Shown: positions 49,210 through 59,477 of the stretch, in pieces | Numbering within the stretch: the first letter of the stretch is position 1 | How the letters are laid out: each line of letters starts with the position of its first letter | Origin: Candidatus Latescibacterota bacterium | GTDB taxonomy: Bacteria > Latescibacterota > UBA2968 > UBA8231 | Length of the DNA: 64,000 nucleotides | NCBI GenBank assembly: GCA_965215195.1 | Contig: CBDCDC010000002.1 | Coordinates: 1,248,001-1,312,000, forward strand | Reading direction: 5' to 3' | Program-made: the position numbers and the translations under genes | The notes under the pieces: generated by a model | Database searches by the model: none | What the model was told of the DNA's origin: nothing | Seen by the model: only the letters and a program-made list of their open reading frames with translations

Positions 49210-50191
49210 GCCCGGTCCCGCGCAGCAAGGTTTCCTGCACGAGGAGTTCGTGGTCGAGCGAGCGGTCTGGTGCTTGCTCTCCCTTGAGCACCCTTAGGAA
49301 AGACGCCAGTTCGAGTTCGTAAAGTCCCTGCCGCGAAATTCCTGTAAAAGGCACCCTCTGCTCGCCCGGCGCATAGCCATCGGCTGCTTGAGTCAGGCAG
49401 AGCCGGATGGCGTGGCCCGGCTCAAAAGGCTCTAGCAAAATTGCGCTGCCGCGCTCGCCATAGACCTCAAAGCGCCGCGCCATCGGCTGCGGCTCCATCG
49501 CCGCAATATCGACCCACGCCATGGCCCGCTCGTATTCAAAAACCCCGAGCGTGTTGTCCTGAAACGCAGGCACGACCCCGGTGTCGTTGCGCAGAAAGGT
49601 CGTCACCTTGTCCGGCCGCCCCAAAATCCACACCACTTGATCGAGCATGTGCCCGGCCAAATCGAAGAAGATGCCGCCCTGGTGCCCGGCGGCGATTACT
49701 GCGCGCCCGGCCGCGGCAATGTTGGTGGACATGTGGGCGCGCACCGAATAGACAGGGCCTAAAAACCCCGACCGCGCCCACGCTGCGATCTGGCTAAAGC
49801 CGGGGTGATAGCGCAGCATAAAGCCCATTTGCACTTGCAGATCGGCGGCCCGCGCCTCTGCGACGACCCGCTGCCACTGCGCCCAATCGTCTCCGGCTGG
49901 CTTGTCGTACCACACGTGCTTGCCGGCTTGGACGATGCGCTCGGTCTGGTCCAAGCTCTCGTCGTTGCGGCCCTCGGAGGCAATGGCGACAATGGAGCTA
50001 TCGCCGAGCAGCTCTTCTTCGCTGTCCAAGAAGCGGATCTGCCGATAGGGTTCGTCGCTGGCAACTTGCCGGCGGCGCGCGGCGTCGGGTTCGTACAGGC
50101 CGACGACTTCGACCTCGGGGTTGTCGAGCATTGCCTTGAGTTTGCCGGCGGCGTGGCCGTGCTTGGTGCCGTACTGGGCCATGCGGATCAT
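49196..50191 (-). CDS. Gfo/Idh/MocA oxidoreductase
   Basis: AGKHVWYDKP, GFMLRY, DLAGHMLD. Confidence 0.88.
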   Translation of the reverse strand: MIRMAQYGTKHGHAAGKLKAMLDNPEVEVVGLYEPDAARRRQVASDEPYRQIRFLDSEEELLGDSSIVAIASEGRNDESLDQTERIVQAGKHVWYDKPAGDDWAQWQRVVAEARAADLQVQMGFMLRYHPGFSQIAAWARSGFLGPVYSVRAHMSTNIAAAGRAVIAAGHQGGIFFDLAGHMLDQVVWILGRPDKVTTFLRNDTGVVPAFQDNTLGVFEYERAMAWVDIAAMEPQPMARRFEVYGERGSAILLEPFEPGHAIRLCLTQAADGYAPGEQRVPFTGISRQGLYELELASFLRVLKGEQAPDRSLDHELLVQETLLRGTGLIAG

Positions 50192-52001
50192 GGGATTTCC
50201 TCGCTGTAAAGGTGGAATCAAAACCCGAGCAAACTTTGAAGATCGTCGCAACTTTTTGTTTTTACAAGAGATTTTAACATCCGCACCGTCCATTTTCCGC
50301 CCAAAATCAAAACCCGATCAAACTTGGGCCGATCACGCCCAAAACGGCACGTAGCCCGATTGCGGATGCTCGGGATCGGCCGCTTTGATAAGTTGCCGGC
50401 CTCGCGCTCGCCGGATCACTTGCGACACTTGTGCGGCATTTCGCGTATCTATGCCTAAACGCGCTCGCAGGCTGCTGTTTTTCATCAATTCTCCATTCAC
50501 GAACCTCAACACGGTGTGCTGATAGCACGCCCGGACGCGCTCTTCGACCGTCATCTCAGCAAACCGACGCGGCGCGAAAAGAACCGCACACGTCGCCTCT
50601 ATCCCTTCTTCCTGTACGCGAAAGTCCGGTGGTGGCAACTGATAAACCTCTACCGCCGCCACGACCTTGTCGATACCCGTACCTTGCTCCTCGCACAACT
50701 TCATGCGTCGCATGAAAGCGGCAAGTGCTTCGTTCCGCGAGCGCGGAGGAGAGTCGATAAATCGATTGGGGCTGATCAGAGGCTTGCCTGGATTGGTGAT
50801 CTCCAGCCGATTGCTGAAGAGTTCAATTGACGGTCCGGCCCCGGTAATGGTCATGTCTTGGTGAATGAGCGCATTGGCAATCAACTCGCGGAGGGCTATC
50901 GGCGGGAACAGCGGCTGCTCAGTGCGAAAAACTGGGTCAATTTGCTCATTGCGCGGCAGCAGCCGGTCGATATAATCGACAATTCTCGCAAAGCCAAGGG
51001 CATAACCGCGTGTTTCGTCGTGCCGGTGAGTTACCGTATTCGCACGACCTTTTCCATTATAGGCCGTGAAGCGCACCGCCTTACGCGCAATCCGCGAATC
51101 GAACTCGTCAAGGCGCTTGGCAAATAGAATCGCGCCCAGATTGGTGATCTTCCAGCGGGCACCGACATCCGGGGCGATGATTTGGTCTTGGTTTAATCGC
51201 TCCAGAATACCTCGCGGATTGACCGGCCGCGGTTGGTCCATAAGCTCGAAGTAGCTCGCATAGTCAATGCGGGCCAGTACAGCATCGTCGGTGAGGAACT
51301 GTGCGGCGATGCCGCTTTCCCAGAAATAGGGCTGGAGTTTGCTCCAGAGTGCTTTTTGGCGGTCGGGATAATCGGACAAGCGCGGCGTTGCGGAGCCGAT
51401 TCGGCAATATGCAGTGCGGTCGAACTCCACCGGACTTGTAGTTGCGGCGGGAATCTCAAGCAAAACCAGCCGGCCCTGCGGATGCTCCACAATCTGAAAT
51501 TTGAATGCGACATCCGGGTTGAGCCGCTGCGTCAGCCAAAATGCGAGGGGCTGGCCTTGGTGTTTGGCTGCATCCGGGTCAAAGCGCGTGCCGGTTATGG
51601 CGTGATCGGAATTCCGTACCCCCCAAAGCAGATAGGCGAAATCTCGCTCTGCCAGCGCAGCGGCATTGGCGAGGGCCGAGAGGTATTTGCCAATCACAGC
51701 GGGCGCAAAGTTGTTCTCCTTAAACTCGACACAGGAGGTCTCGGCAGACGCCGCTAGCAAATCGTCGATTAGCGCGAGGATGCGGGTGCCGTTCATTTAC
51801 TCATCTCCCTGCGAGCCCGTCTAGCGGGTGGCGTGGCCGTGCTTGGTGCCGTACTGGGCCATGCGGATCATGGGGTCTCCTCGCTGTAAAGGGGAATCAA
51901 AACCCGAGCAAACGTTGAAGATCGTCGCAACTTTTTGTTTTTACAAGAGATTTTAACATCCGCGACGCCCGTTTGCCGCCCAAAATCAAAACCCGATCAA
52001 A
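50150..52001. repeat. ~172-bp direct repeats (50150-50322, 51830-52001) flanking the AlbA gene
   Basis: both copies include the Gfo/Idh/MocA upstream region and the first codons MIRMAQYGTKHGHA. Confidence 0.85.
50333..51796 (-). CDS. AlbA_2 (Schlafen-like) + HATPase_c_4 domain protein
   Basis: VEFKE...SALAN, LRELIANALIHQD, RNEALA, EEQGTGI. Confidence 0.85.
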   Translation of the reverse strand: MNGTRILALIDDLLAASAETSCVEFKENNFAPAVIGKYLSALANAAALAERDFAYLLWGVRNSDHAITGTRFDPDAAKHQGQPLAFWLTQRLNPDVAFKFQIVEHPQGRLVLLEIPAATTSPVEFDRTAYCRIGSATPRLSDYPDRQKALWSKLQPYFWESGIAAQFLTDDAVLARIDYASYFELMDQPRPVNPRGILERLNQDQIIAPDVGARWKITNLGAILFAKRLDEFDSRIARKAVRFTAYNGKGRANTVTHRHDETRGYALGFARIVDYIDRLLPRNEQIDPVFRTEQPLFPPIALRELIANALIHQDMTITGAGPSIELFSNRLEITNPGKPLISPNRFIDSPPRSRNEALAAFMRRMKLCEEQGTGIDKVVAAVEVYQLPPPDFRVQEEGIEATCAVLFAPRRFAEMTVEERVRACYQHTVLRFVNGELMKNSSLRARLGIDTRNAAQVSQVIRRARGRQLIKAADPEHPQSGYVPFWA

Positions 52002-52085
52002 AAATCGCGATAAAAGGTCTCGATCTGCTGCAATTACGACTAGCTGCCTACCTTTTCGCCGCATTCGGCTTTGCGACCTATAGGC

Positions 52086-52382
52086 CTAGGTCGGCGAGAT
52101 AGCTCTATCCACGCTCTGCGATACTTTGGCTTGCAAGGGAAATTTTTCCGGGTGCTCAATGGATTCTAGGCTCAGATCTACATCCAAATCCGGCCAATAG
52201 AAGTGGCCGGGCGTGGGCTGCTCAACTTGGAGGATGTTCCCAATCGGGACCTCTTTGAACCAAGGGAAGTCCTCATAAGACAGAAAAAATTCCCGCTCAC
52301 CCACGAGAAGCCATATCCCATGAGTCGATATATTGGTTACTTCAACGTCCAAAGCAGTTTTGCCAAGCTGTTCTGATCTCAT
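52086..52382 (-). CDS. DUF2442 protein (putative antitoxin)
   Basis: FLSYEDFPWF, YWPDLDVDL. Confidence 0.8.
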   Translation of the reverse strand: MRSEQLGKTALDVEVTNISTHGIWLLVGEREFFLSYEDFPWFKEVPIGNILQVEQPTPGHFYWPDLDVDLSLESIEHPEKFPLQAKVSQSVDRAISPT

Positions 52383-52547
52383 CGTAGTGCCTCTCAATAA
52401 TCTGCTCAATTTCCCTAAGTCGGGGCCGCGATAACCTGTAGTTGCGGGCCAACTCAATCTGCGCTTCCCCATCGCCGCAATAGATGTGAACGTGCATCCT
52501 TGGTTCTTCGCGAGAGAAAAAGTAAAAGCGAATACCGTTGGACTCAT
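52342..52547 (-). pseudogene. DUF4160 protein, frameshifted
   Basis: MSPTVF in one frame and RFYFFSREEPRMHVH in another. Confidence 0.7.
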
Positions 52548-52592
52548 AGTTCCGGTTCAAAGCCTGACAGCCACTATACAGCGGCTTCCACA

Positions 52593-53360
52593 TCAGCGCC
52601 CCATCCACCCGCCATCGACGATCGCGATGGACCCATGCACGTAGTCGGCCGCTCGCGACGACAGCCACACCACCGCGCCTTTTAAGTCGTCCGGCGTGCC
52701 CCACCGCCCCGCTGGAATCCTCACCAGTAGCTGCTCGTTGCGCACTGGATCGTCGCGCAGAGCTTGGTTGTTGTCCGTGGCGATATATCCGGGCGCAATG
52801 GCATTGACGTTGACCCCGCGACCGGCCCACTCGTTGGCCAGTGCCATCGTCAACTGCCCGATCCCGCCCTTGGCCGCAGCATAGCCCGGCACGGTGATCC
52901 CGCCTTGGAAGGTCAGCACCGAAGCGGTAAAGACGATCTTGCCCCGGCCGCGGGCTAGCATCTGCTTGCCGAATTCCCGCGCCAGCACGAATTGGGCGTT
53001 TAAGTTGACCTCGATGACCTGGTCCCAGTCTTCGTCTGCATGTTCCTCGGCCGGGGCGCGCCGAATGGTACCGGCGTTGTTGATGAGGATGTCGATCGGG
53101 CCGACCTCGGCGTGGACCTGCTCGACGAAGGCGCGGACGGCCGCTCGGTCGCCGAAATCGCAGGCATAGCCCTTGAAGCGCTTGCCGCGCTCGGCAATGT
53201 CTTTGCCAACTTCGGAATCTGCTTCGAGCGAGGCGCTGACGCCGACGATATCCGCTCCGGCCTCGGCCAATGCTTGCGCGAACCCGCGCCCGATGCCGCG
53301 GCGGCACCCGGTGACCAGTGCTGTTTGGCCATCGAGCTTAAAAAGATCTAGGATACTCAT
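52593..53360 (-). CDS. SDR oxidoreductase, KduD-like
   Basis: TGCRRGIG, NNAG, YAAAKGG, VDGGWMGR. Confidence 0.88.
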   Translation of the reverse strand: MSILDLFKLDGQTALVTGCRRGIGRGFAQALAEAGADIVGVSASLEADSEVGKDIAERGKRFKGYACDFGDRAAVRAFVEQVHAEVGPIDILINNAGTIRRAPAEEHADEDWDQVIEVNLNAQFVLAREFGKQMLARGRGKIVFTASVLTFQGGITVPGYAAAKGGIGQLTMALANEWAGRGVNVNAIAPGYIATDNNQALRDDPVRNEQLLVRIPAGRWGTPDDLKGAVVWLSSRAADYVHGSIAIVDGGWMGR

Positions 53361-53361
53361 G

Positions 53362-54384
53362 TTATTCCCCTTGCGTGTCGATTAAAATTTTGACTGCGTC
53401 GGTTCCCGCCGCCAGCCGGGCAAAGGCAGCGGGCAGCGCGTCTAAGGGAAGGCGCTCGGTAATCAGCTCGTTGAGCGGCAGTGCGCCGCTGGCGGCCAGC
53501 TCAATGGCGCGGTCGTAGTCCTCGGGTTCGTACACGCGCACACCGCACATTTTTAGCTCGCGCCAGAAGAACTGAAAGAGATCGACTTTAGGGGCCGAGG
53601 CGAAGATCGCCACCACCACGATCCGCCCCCGAACCTTGGCGAGCTGAGTCATCACCTCGGCCCCGGCCGGTGAGCCGGAGACCTCAAAAACTGCGTCGGC
53701 CCCGCCTCCGTCGGTCCAAGCCTCGACGTGGGCGACCAAGTCCTCCTCTAGCGGATGGACGGTTTCCAGCCCCAGCGCACGGGCCGCCTTGAGCCGATAG
53801 GCATTGACCTCAGCGACCCGCACCTCGGCCCCGGTGTGCTGCGCCACCAGCGCATTGAGCAAACCGATCGGGCCGCCGCCGATCACCACCACCTTCTCGC
53901 CCGGCTTCACCTCGCCCAAGCGCACGTCGTGGCAGGCGACCGCCAGCGGCTCAACTAAGGCACCCAGCGCCAGTGGCATGTCGTCTGGCAGGCGGTGCAA
54001 GGTATGGGCTGGCACCGTCCACGACCCCTGAAAGGCCCCCGGACTGTCGATGCCAATGAAGTTTAGGTTCTGGCAGATATGGCCGTTGCCGGCGTTGCAG
54101 GCCGCGCACGCGCCACAAGCCTCTAAGGGGCGCACTACGACCGGATCGCCCACGGCCCAGCCTTGGACGCCGGTCCCGACTTCCGCGATCCGCCCGGACA
54201 TCTCGTGTCCAATGACTTGGGGCATGTCGATCCGACGGTCCTGATGGCCGAGGTAAATGTGAATATCCGTGCCGCACACCCCGCAATAGGCCACCTCGAT
54301 CCGCACCTGATCCGCGCTGGGGGATTGTACTCGGCACTCGCCGATTGCGACCGTGCGGTTGCCCCAGTAATAGGCCGCCTTCAT
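53362..54384 (-). CDS. zinc-dependent alcohol dehydrogenase
   Basis: CGVCGTD, GHEMSG, CGACAAC, GGGPIG. Confidence 0.92.
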   Translation of the reverse strand: MKAAYYWGNRTVAIGECRVQSPSADQVRIEVAYCGVCGTDIHIYLGHQDRRIDMPQVIGHEMSGRIAEVGTGVQGWAVGDPVVVRPLEACGACAACNAGNGHICQNLNFIGIDSPGAFQGSWTVPAHTLHRLPDDMPLALGALVEPLAVACHDVRLGEVKPGEKVVVIGGGPIGLLNALVAQHTGAEVRVAEVNAYRLKAARALGLETVHPLEEDLVAHVEAWTDGGGADAVFEVSGSPAGAEVMTQLAKVRGRIVVVAIFASAPKVDLFQFFWRELKMCGVRVYEPEDYDRAIELAASGALPLNELITERLPLDALPAAFARLAAGTDAVKILIDTQGE

Positions 54385-56279
54385 CGCAGATGCCAGTCCG
54401 CGTCTGCGAGCGCCTCGTAGATCACGCCGCCCTCCACCTGCTCGGGCATGGGGATGCCCAGCAAGTAGCACAGGGTCGGCGCGACATCCACCGCCCGCAC
54501 CTGCCGCTTGAGCGCCAGCCCTTGCTTGACGCCGGCACCGGCCAGTACGAACGTGCAATGCTGCCCGCCGATGCCGAGGGTGGCCGAGGGTAGCTGCTTG
54601 CCGTGCGCTCCGTCGTATTCGGGCCGCAGCGCATAGACCACGTCGCCCACGAGCTCGCCCGACAGATTGACCATCTCGGCGTCTTCCCGCGTCAGGGCGA
54701 GGGCAAAAGGACAGTGCCCGGTCTGGGGATGGCGATAGGCGTGAAGGGCTTCGATGAGGTCGAGCCGCGTCTGCTCGTAGTCGCTTGGCTCGACGATCCC
54801 GGTAGGCTCGCGCCCCTTGAGATTGATGAAGATGTGGACCAGCCCCACATTGGCCGCAAGCGTCCGCTGCCAGTCGAGCTGTTTTTTTTCTGCGTCTGCG
54901 TAGGCCAAAAAGCCCGCCTGTTCCAGCACCTCGGCGATATCGACCGGCCGGTGCTGGTTGGGGGTGCCGCCGTGGTCGGAGACGACCGCAACGACCGCGT
55001 CGTCGTCGGCCAGCTCGACTAAGCGGCCGATCATGCGATCTATGGAGGCGTAGGTCTGGGCCACGCCCGCTTGGCAGCGCGTTAGGGTGTGCGGATCGGC
55101 CCCGCTGCATTCGTCGGCCTGCGACAAGAAGAAGTGGCTGGTGTAGTCCGAGGCGTGGGTTTCGATGAACAGCACGTCCCAGTCGTTGCTCGCCGTCAGG
55201 TAGTCAGCTACATCGGCCAACCGCTGGTGGTGGAAGTCCAACAGCTCGAAATAGGTCGCGTCGTCGACCACGCCCAAAGCGTCGCGCCCGGGATTTTGCA
55301 GGAAATTGCCGACGTGTTCGTCGATCTGCTGCGCCACTTCCTCCGGCTGGGTGTAGCCAGTGGCCGGCCAGACCTGGGGCACAAAAAGCTCGAAGACATC
55401 GCCTGCTGCGCTCAGGCTGACGAGCTTCATGCACACGTAGCCTTCAAGCGCTTGGCCGTCGATCGCAAAGCCGTCCTTCCACCACTCGGTCCACTGGCCT
55501 ACCGCGAGCTCGGCGACCCGATCACTCGCGTCGCGGCTGCGGCAGACGAGCAGCCGGTCGTAGCCCTTGGCGGCTGAGGCGTATATCAGACCGTAGAAAT
55601 GCTTAGGCGTCCCCGCTCGGCTCAAGTGCATGTCCGGTCGGCCGCGCTTGAGCGGCTCGATGACCAGCACCACTTCTTTGGGCGGCAGCGCGGATGCGGG
55701 CGCACCTTGCCACCCCGCCGCCGGGACGATCGCCACCGGATCGACGCTGCGCACCTTTTGTAGGGCACTCGGGTCCAGCGTCTCGGGATCGCGCGGCCCC
55801 CCGATTGGCCGCGGCGTCCAGCCGCCGGCGACAAAGAGATGGTAGCCGGTGATCTGATGCACATTGGACACGCCCGGGCCGGTGCCCTCAACTTGGATGC
55901 CGGTCTGCACGGTCGGTGGCCACGACATTTCCCATTTGACCAAGATCGGCTTTTTGCCGGCCCGCTCAACCGTGTTCCACAAGTACTCGGCCTGCGAGAG
56001 CTGAGTGTTGATCCCCCACACTGTCTCGTCGAGACGCCCACCTAACTTGCGGATGTTGAAGTCCATCACCTGATGGGTTCCCGGCCAAGCCCCGGTCGAA
56101 GTGGCCGTCCAGCCGGGTGGCGTCAGGGTTGGAAAGACGCCGATCATGGGCCGGTTGACGCCTTGCGCCATGAGCTGACCCAAGTGGGGCATATGCCCTT
56201 CTGCGACCATGTGCTGCACTAACTCCATGGCGGCACCGTCCATGCCGATGACGATGGCGCGTTTGGCTGGGCTGTTCAT
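54381..56279 (-). CDS. alkaline phosphatase superfamily phosphodiesterase/NPP
   Basis: IGMDGA, PTLTPPGWT, SDHG, VDVAPT. Confidence 0.85.
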   Translation of the reverse strand: MNSPAKRAIVIGMDGAAMELVQHMVAEGHMPHLGQLMAQGVNRPMIGVFPTLTPPGWTATSTGAWPGTHQVMDFNIRKLGGRLDETVWGINTQLSQAEYLWNTVERAGKKPILVKWEMSWPPTVQTGIQVEGTGPGVSNVHQITGYHLFVAGGWTPRPIGGPRDPETLDPSALQKVRSVDPVAIVPAAGWQGAPASALPPKEVVLVIEPLKRGRPDMHLSRAGTPKHFYGLIYASAAKGYDRLLVCRSRDASDRVAELAVGQWTEWWKDGFAIDGQALEGYVCMKLVSLSAAGDVFELFVPQVWPATGYTQPEEVAQQIDEHVGNFLQNPGRDALGVVDDATYFELLDFHHQRLADVADYLTASNDWDVLFIETHASDYTSHFFLSQADECSGADPHTLTRCQAGVAQTYASIDRMIGRLVELADDDAVVAVVSDHGGTPNQHRPVDIAEVLEQAGFLAYADAEKKQLDWQRTLAANVGLVHIFINLKGREPTGIVEPSDYEQTRLDLIEALHAYRHPQTGHCPFALALTREDAEMVNLSGELVGDVVYALRPEYDGAHGKQLPSATLGIGGQHCTFVLAGAGVKQGLALKRQVRAVDVAPTLCYLLGIPMPEQVEGGVIYEALADADWHLR

Positions 56280-56332
56280 TGACAAACTCCTCGTTGCGGA
56301 TGGTTGGATTGCGTCGTGCATTCTCGCTCCTA

Positions 56333-56925
56333 TTAGCTGCCGTCATTCGAGTCAAACAGCTCGTGTTTCTTTGACTTCTTCGGCGGCTTGTGCATTTCGT
56401 CTGGGACGGTCGGCAGTTCGGCGGCTTGGAAGCAGTCGCTGGCAACGACAGCTTTGAGTAGCCGCTTCTGTTCGGGATAGTCCTTCACCGTTGCTTCCAA
56501 AACCCAGAGCAATTCGAGTAATTTCGTGGTAAACTGACTGGTCCAGTGTGCGGGGCGGATAGCGTTGAGGGGCGACGACTTCTTGCCGGCCCCTTGCTTC
56601 ATGCGGTACTTGAGCCAAGACGGCACGACCTTGAGGCCCGAGACTTCGAACTCGTAGACCTCAAGTGTGACCGGCGCGAACTCGCCCTCGCCGACGCGGA
56701 GCGTCCCTGTCGCGTCACTGTAGTCGAACGTTTCGGGGTAGCCCTCGGCGTCGCCGGGAACTGCTTTAGTGCATTTGGCCGTACCGGGCGGAATGCGACC
56801 GCCTGTCTGTCCTTTGGGAACAAAACGCTCGCCATAGGTGTGCAGCCACAGCAGCCGCGCTCCTGTCTTGCGGACCTTCTCGAACAGGGCCGCATCCTTT
56901 GTGATAGGTACGCACAGTTTGCGCG
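56333..56925 (-). pseudogene. type ISP restriction-modification C-terminal remnant
   Basis: RLLWLHTYGERF...VYEFEVSGLKVVPSWLKYR; the rest of the gene is absent. Confidence 0.6.
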
Positions 56926-56939
56926 TGATGGCCTTTCTA

Positions 56940-58415
56940 TTACAAGCCGAGGCGCTCGTACTGCTCTGGCGGTGCTTCGCACGCTTCCATCTGCTCGCGC
57001 AACAGCCCCTGCATCCGCTGCGCTAGGACCGCGTCGGCGAGCGGGGCCTCCTGTCGCGGATCGCGCGCTAGGTCGAAGAGCAGGGTCCCGTACTCGTGCT
57101 GCTTGGTCCGGGTGTGTCCTTTTGTCCGCAGCAGCCGACAGCCCTTGCTGAAACCAAACGGCTCGGCTAGCTCCACGCCGGCAAATTCATCGACTGAGAA
57201 TAAGTCGCGCATGTGCGCGGGCATGAGCGTGTAGTTGTACAGGGGCTGGTTGTCCGGGCGGGTGGGGGCGCGCATGTACACGTAGCGGCCGTCGGTGACG
57301 TTCACCTGCCCGCCGTGGTTGCCGAAAATCGCGGCCTCGCGCACGGGTGAGTCGCTCGCGCAGACCTCGCGCAGGCTCTGGCCCAGCATGTCCGCGGCCG
57401 GCTCCATGCCGAAGAGATCGAGCAAGGTCGGTCCCAAGTCGAGCGACGGCTGCACCAAGCTCTGCCGCCGCTGGCCCGCTTGGCCGCAGCCGGGGTCCCA
57501 GACGAAGAACGGCGTGTTGGACAGCTCGCGGTACCAAGGCATCTGCACCTTGGCCCACAGGTCGTGCTCCCCGAGCAAGAAGCCGTGGTCGGTCCACACG
57601 ACGAGCATGGTGTCGTCCCACAGCGCCAGCCGGTCCATCTCGTCGAGGATGTCGCCGAGGCGGGCGTCGCACATGCTCAGCAGGGAGGCGTAGTGTCCCC
57701 GGCATTGATCGACGAGTGCTTGCTCTTCGGTCACCGGGCCGTAGGTCGGCCAGTCGAACAGCAGGGACGAGCGGTTCTTAAAAAGCTCCGGGTAGAGGTC
57801 TTGGTATGGGCGCTGGGTGAAAAACGGCTCGTGCGGATCAAAAGTCTCAATCTGCAAAAACCAGTTGTCTTCTGCGTGGTTGCGGCGGATGAACTCAACG
57901 CCGGCCTTAAAGGTCTGCGCCTGGGGCTGGTCCTCCTCGCGGCGCATGTATTGCCGGTTGACGCGGTCTTGGCGGTGCCACATGCTGCGGCCCGCATTGC
58001 TCGCGTGCGCTTGTACGGGTGGCGGGTCGGCCACCTGCCCGATCCACGGATCGCCCTCTTGGCCGCGGAAGAACTGCCAAGTGCTGTACTGGGTGTGGTA
58101 CGTGGCCCCGCCGGTCTCCCAGTAGTGGTAGTGGTCGCTGATGAGGTGCGACGAGACGCCGGCGTTGTGCAGCATGCGCGGCACAGAGTCGTCAAAAGGC
58201 TCCAGTGGCCCCCAAGAGCGGTGGAGAAAGTTGGGCCGCCCGGTGTGCAAATCGCGGCGGGCCGGCATACACGGCATGGAGCAGACGTAGCTGGTGTCGA
58301 ACGTGAGAGACCGCTCGGCGAGCCGCTGGAAGTTGGGCGCGTGCGTCCAGTCGCAGCCGTAGGGCGGCAACATGTGCCGGTTGAGTGAGTCGAACATGAC
58401 CATAATTGCTTTCAT
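56940..58415 (-). CDS. sulfatase
   Basis: MFDSLNRH, CMPARR, FDPHEPF, TDHG. Confidence 0.9.
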   Translation of the reverse strand: MKAIMVMFDSLNRHMLPPYGCDWTHAPNFQRLAERSLTFDTSYVCSMPCMPARRDLHTGRPNFLHRSWGPLEPFDDSVPRMLHNAGVSSHLISDHYHYWETGGATYHTQYSTWQFFRGQEGDPWIGQVADPPPVQAHASNAGRSMWHRQDRVNRQYMRREEDQPQAQTFKAGVEFIRRNHAEDNWFLQIETFDPHEPFFTQRPYQDLYPELFKNRSSLLFDWPTYGPVTEEQALVDQCRGHYASLLSMCDARLGDILDEMDRLALWDDTMLVVWTDHGFLLGEHDLWAKVQMPWYRELSNTPFFVWDPGCGQAGQRRQSLVQPSLDLGPTLLDLFGMEPAADMLGQSLREVCASDSPVREAAIFGNHGGQVNVTDGRYVYMRAPTRPDNQPLYNYTLMPAHMRDLFSVDEFAGVELAEPFGFSKGCRLLRTKGHTRTKQHEYGTLLFDLARDPRQEAPLADAVLAQRMQGLLREQMEACEAPPEQYERLGL

Positions 58416-59467
58416 GCGCTTACCTCGGGTAGGAGTTGTAGGAATTGGACGGCCTGTTGCCCGCGCTCGGATTCGGGATCGCGTCGCGCAATGCGCCGCA
58501 ATTGGTACAGGGCCCGCTCGTCGCCAGCCCGCGCTAAGGACAGGGCCTCGGCAAACCCTTGATCCCCCCAGCGGGACAACTGCGGCACCACTTGCAGGTC
58601 TAGGCCCTGCCAATAGTATTGCAAGGCTTTGCTTTGCCAGCCCGCGTAGCAGGCTTCCCAGTTAAAGCCGGTGACGCCGCTCAGGTGCGGCTCCAACATG
58701 TGCCGCGCAATGGGCTCGTGCCGCGCCTGATAGCGGTTGTCGAGCGAAATGCGCAGGCGGTCTTGCGTGTAGTTGGGCAGGGCTTGGTGGACGGTCAGGC
58801 TCGGAAAGATCAGGGCGTCTCCGGCTTCGTAATGGGCGCTGAGCCAGCGCCCGGTCAGCTCGGATTCATCTACGGCCAAGCCGCCGGCCCCCAACGAGAA
58901 GTGGTGCTCCCGCACCTTGCCGATCGCGTGCGACCCGGGCAGCACCGCCAACCCCCCCAACTCCAGCGGACAATCTCCCACGGGGGCCCAGAAGGTATAG
59001 GTATTGAAACTGCCTTGGAAGTGGACGAAGTCTTGGTGCATGGGCGTGGTGTGCTCGGTGTATTGGGGAAACCACAGCCGGGCGATCTTCTGGGGATGCG
59101 GCAGGACTGGGCCACCGACGACTTGCTCCATCACGGCTAAGACCTCCGGCCAATGTCCGGCTTGGTGAAAGGCCTCCAAGCGGTACACCCGGTGATACAC
59201 CTCGGCGTACTCGGGATCGCCTTCGGTACACTGCGCCCCGATTCGCGCAATGCCGTCCATGGGGTCTGTGCCGGCGACCAACCACCCGGCCTCCATCAAC
59301 ACCTCGGCTATCTCCCGCCGCAGGGATAGCAGCTTGTCTTTGGCCATGATCTGCCGCAAGAAGATGTACCCTTGTTCGTCCAGTCGCCGCCGCAGCTCGG
59401 CGCTGTCTCCGAGGGCATCGTTGGCCTCTTGCAGCAAGCCGACTTCACTCGCGTCTTTTTCTGTCAT
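58412..59467 (-). CDS. phytanoyl-CoA dioxygenase (PhyH) family
   Basis: TPMHQD, PGSH, GDALIF..LTVH. Confidence 0.88.
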   Translation of the reverse strand: MTEKDASEVGLLQEANDALGDSAELRRRLDEQGYIFLRQIMAKDKLLSLRREIAEVLMEAGWLVAGTDPMDGIARIGAQCTEGDPEYAEVYHRVYRLEAFHQAGHWPEVLAVMEQVVGGPVLPHPQKIARLWFPQYTEHTTPMHQDFVHFQGSFNTYTFWAPVGDCPLELGGLAVLPGSHAIGKVREHHFSLGAGGLAVDESELTGRWLSAHYEAGDALIFPSLTVHQALPNYTQDRLRISLDNRYQARHEPIARHMLEPHLSGVTGFNWEACYAGWQSKALQYYWQGLDLQVVPQLSRWGDQGFAEALSLARAGDERALYQLRRIARRDPESERGQQAVQFLQLLPEVSA

Positions 59468-59477
59468 CAGGCTCGTC

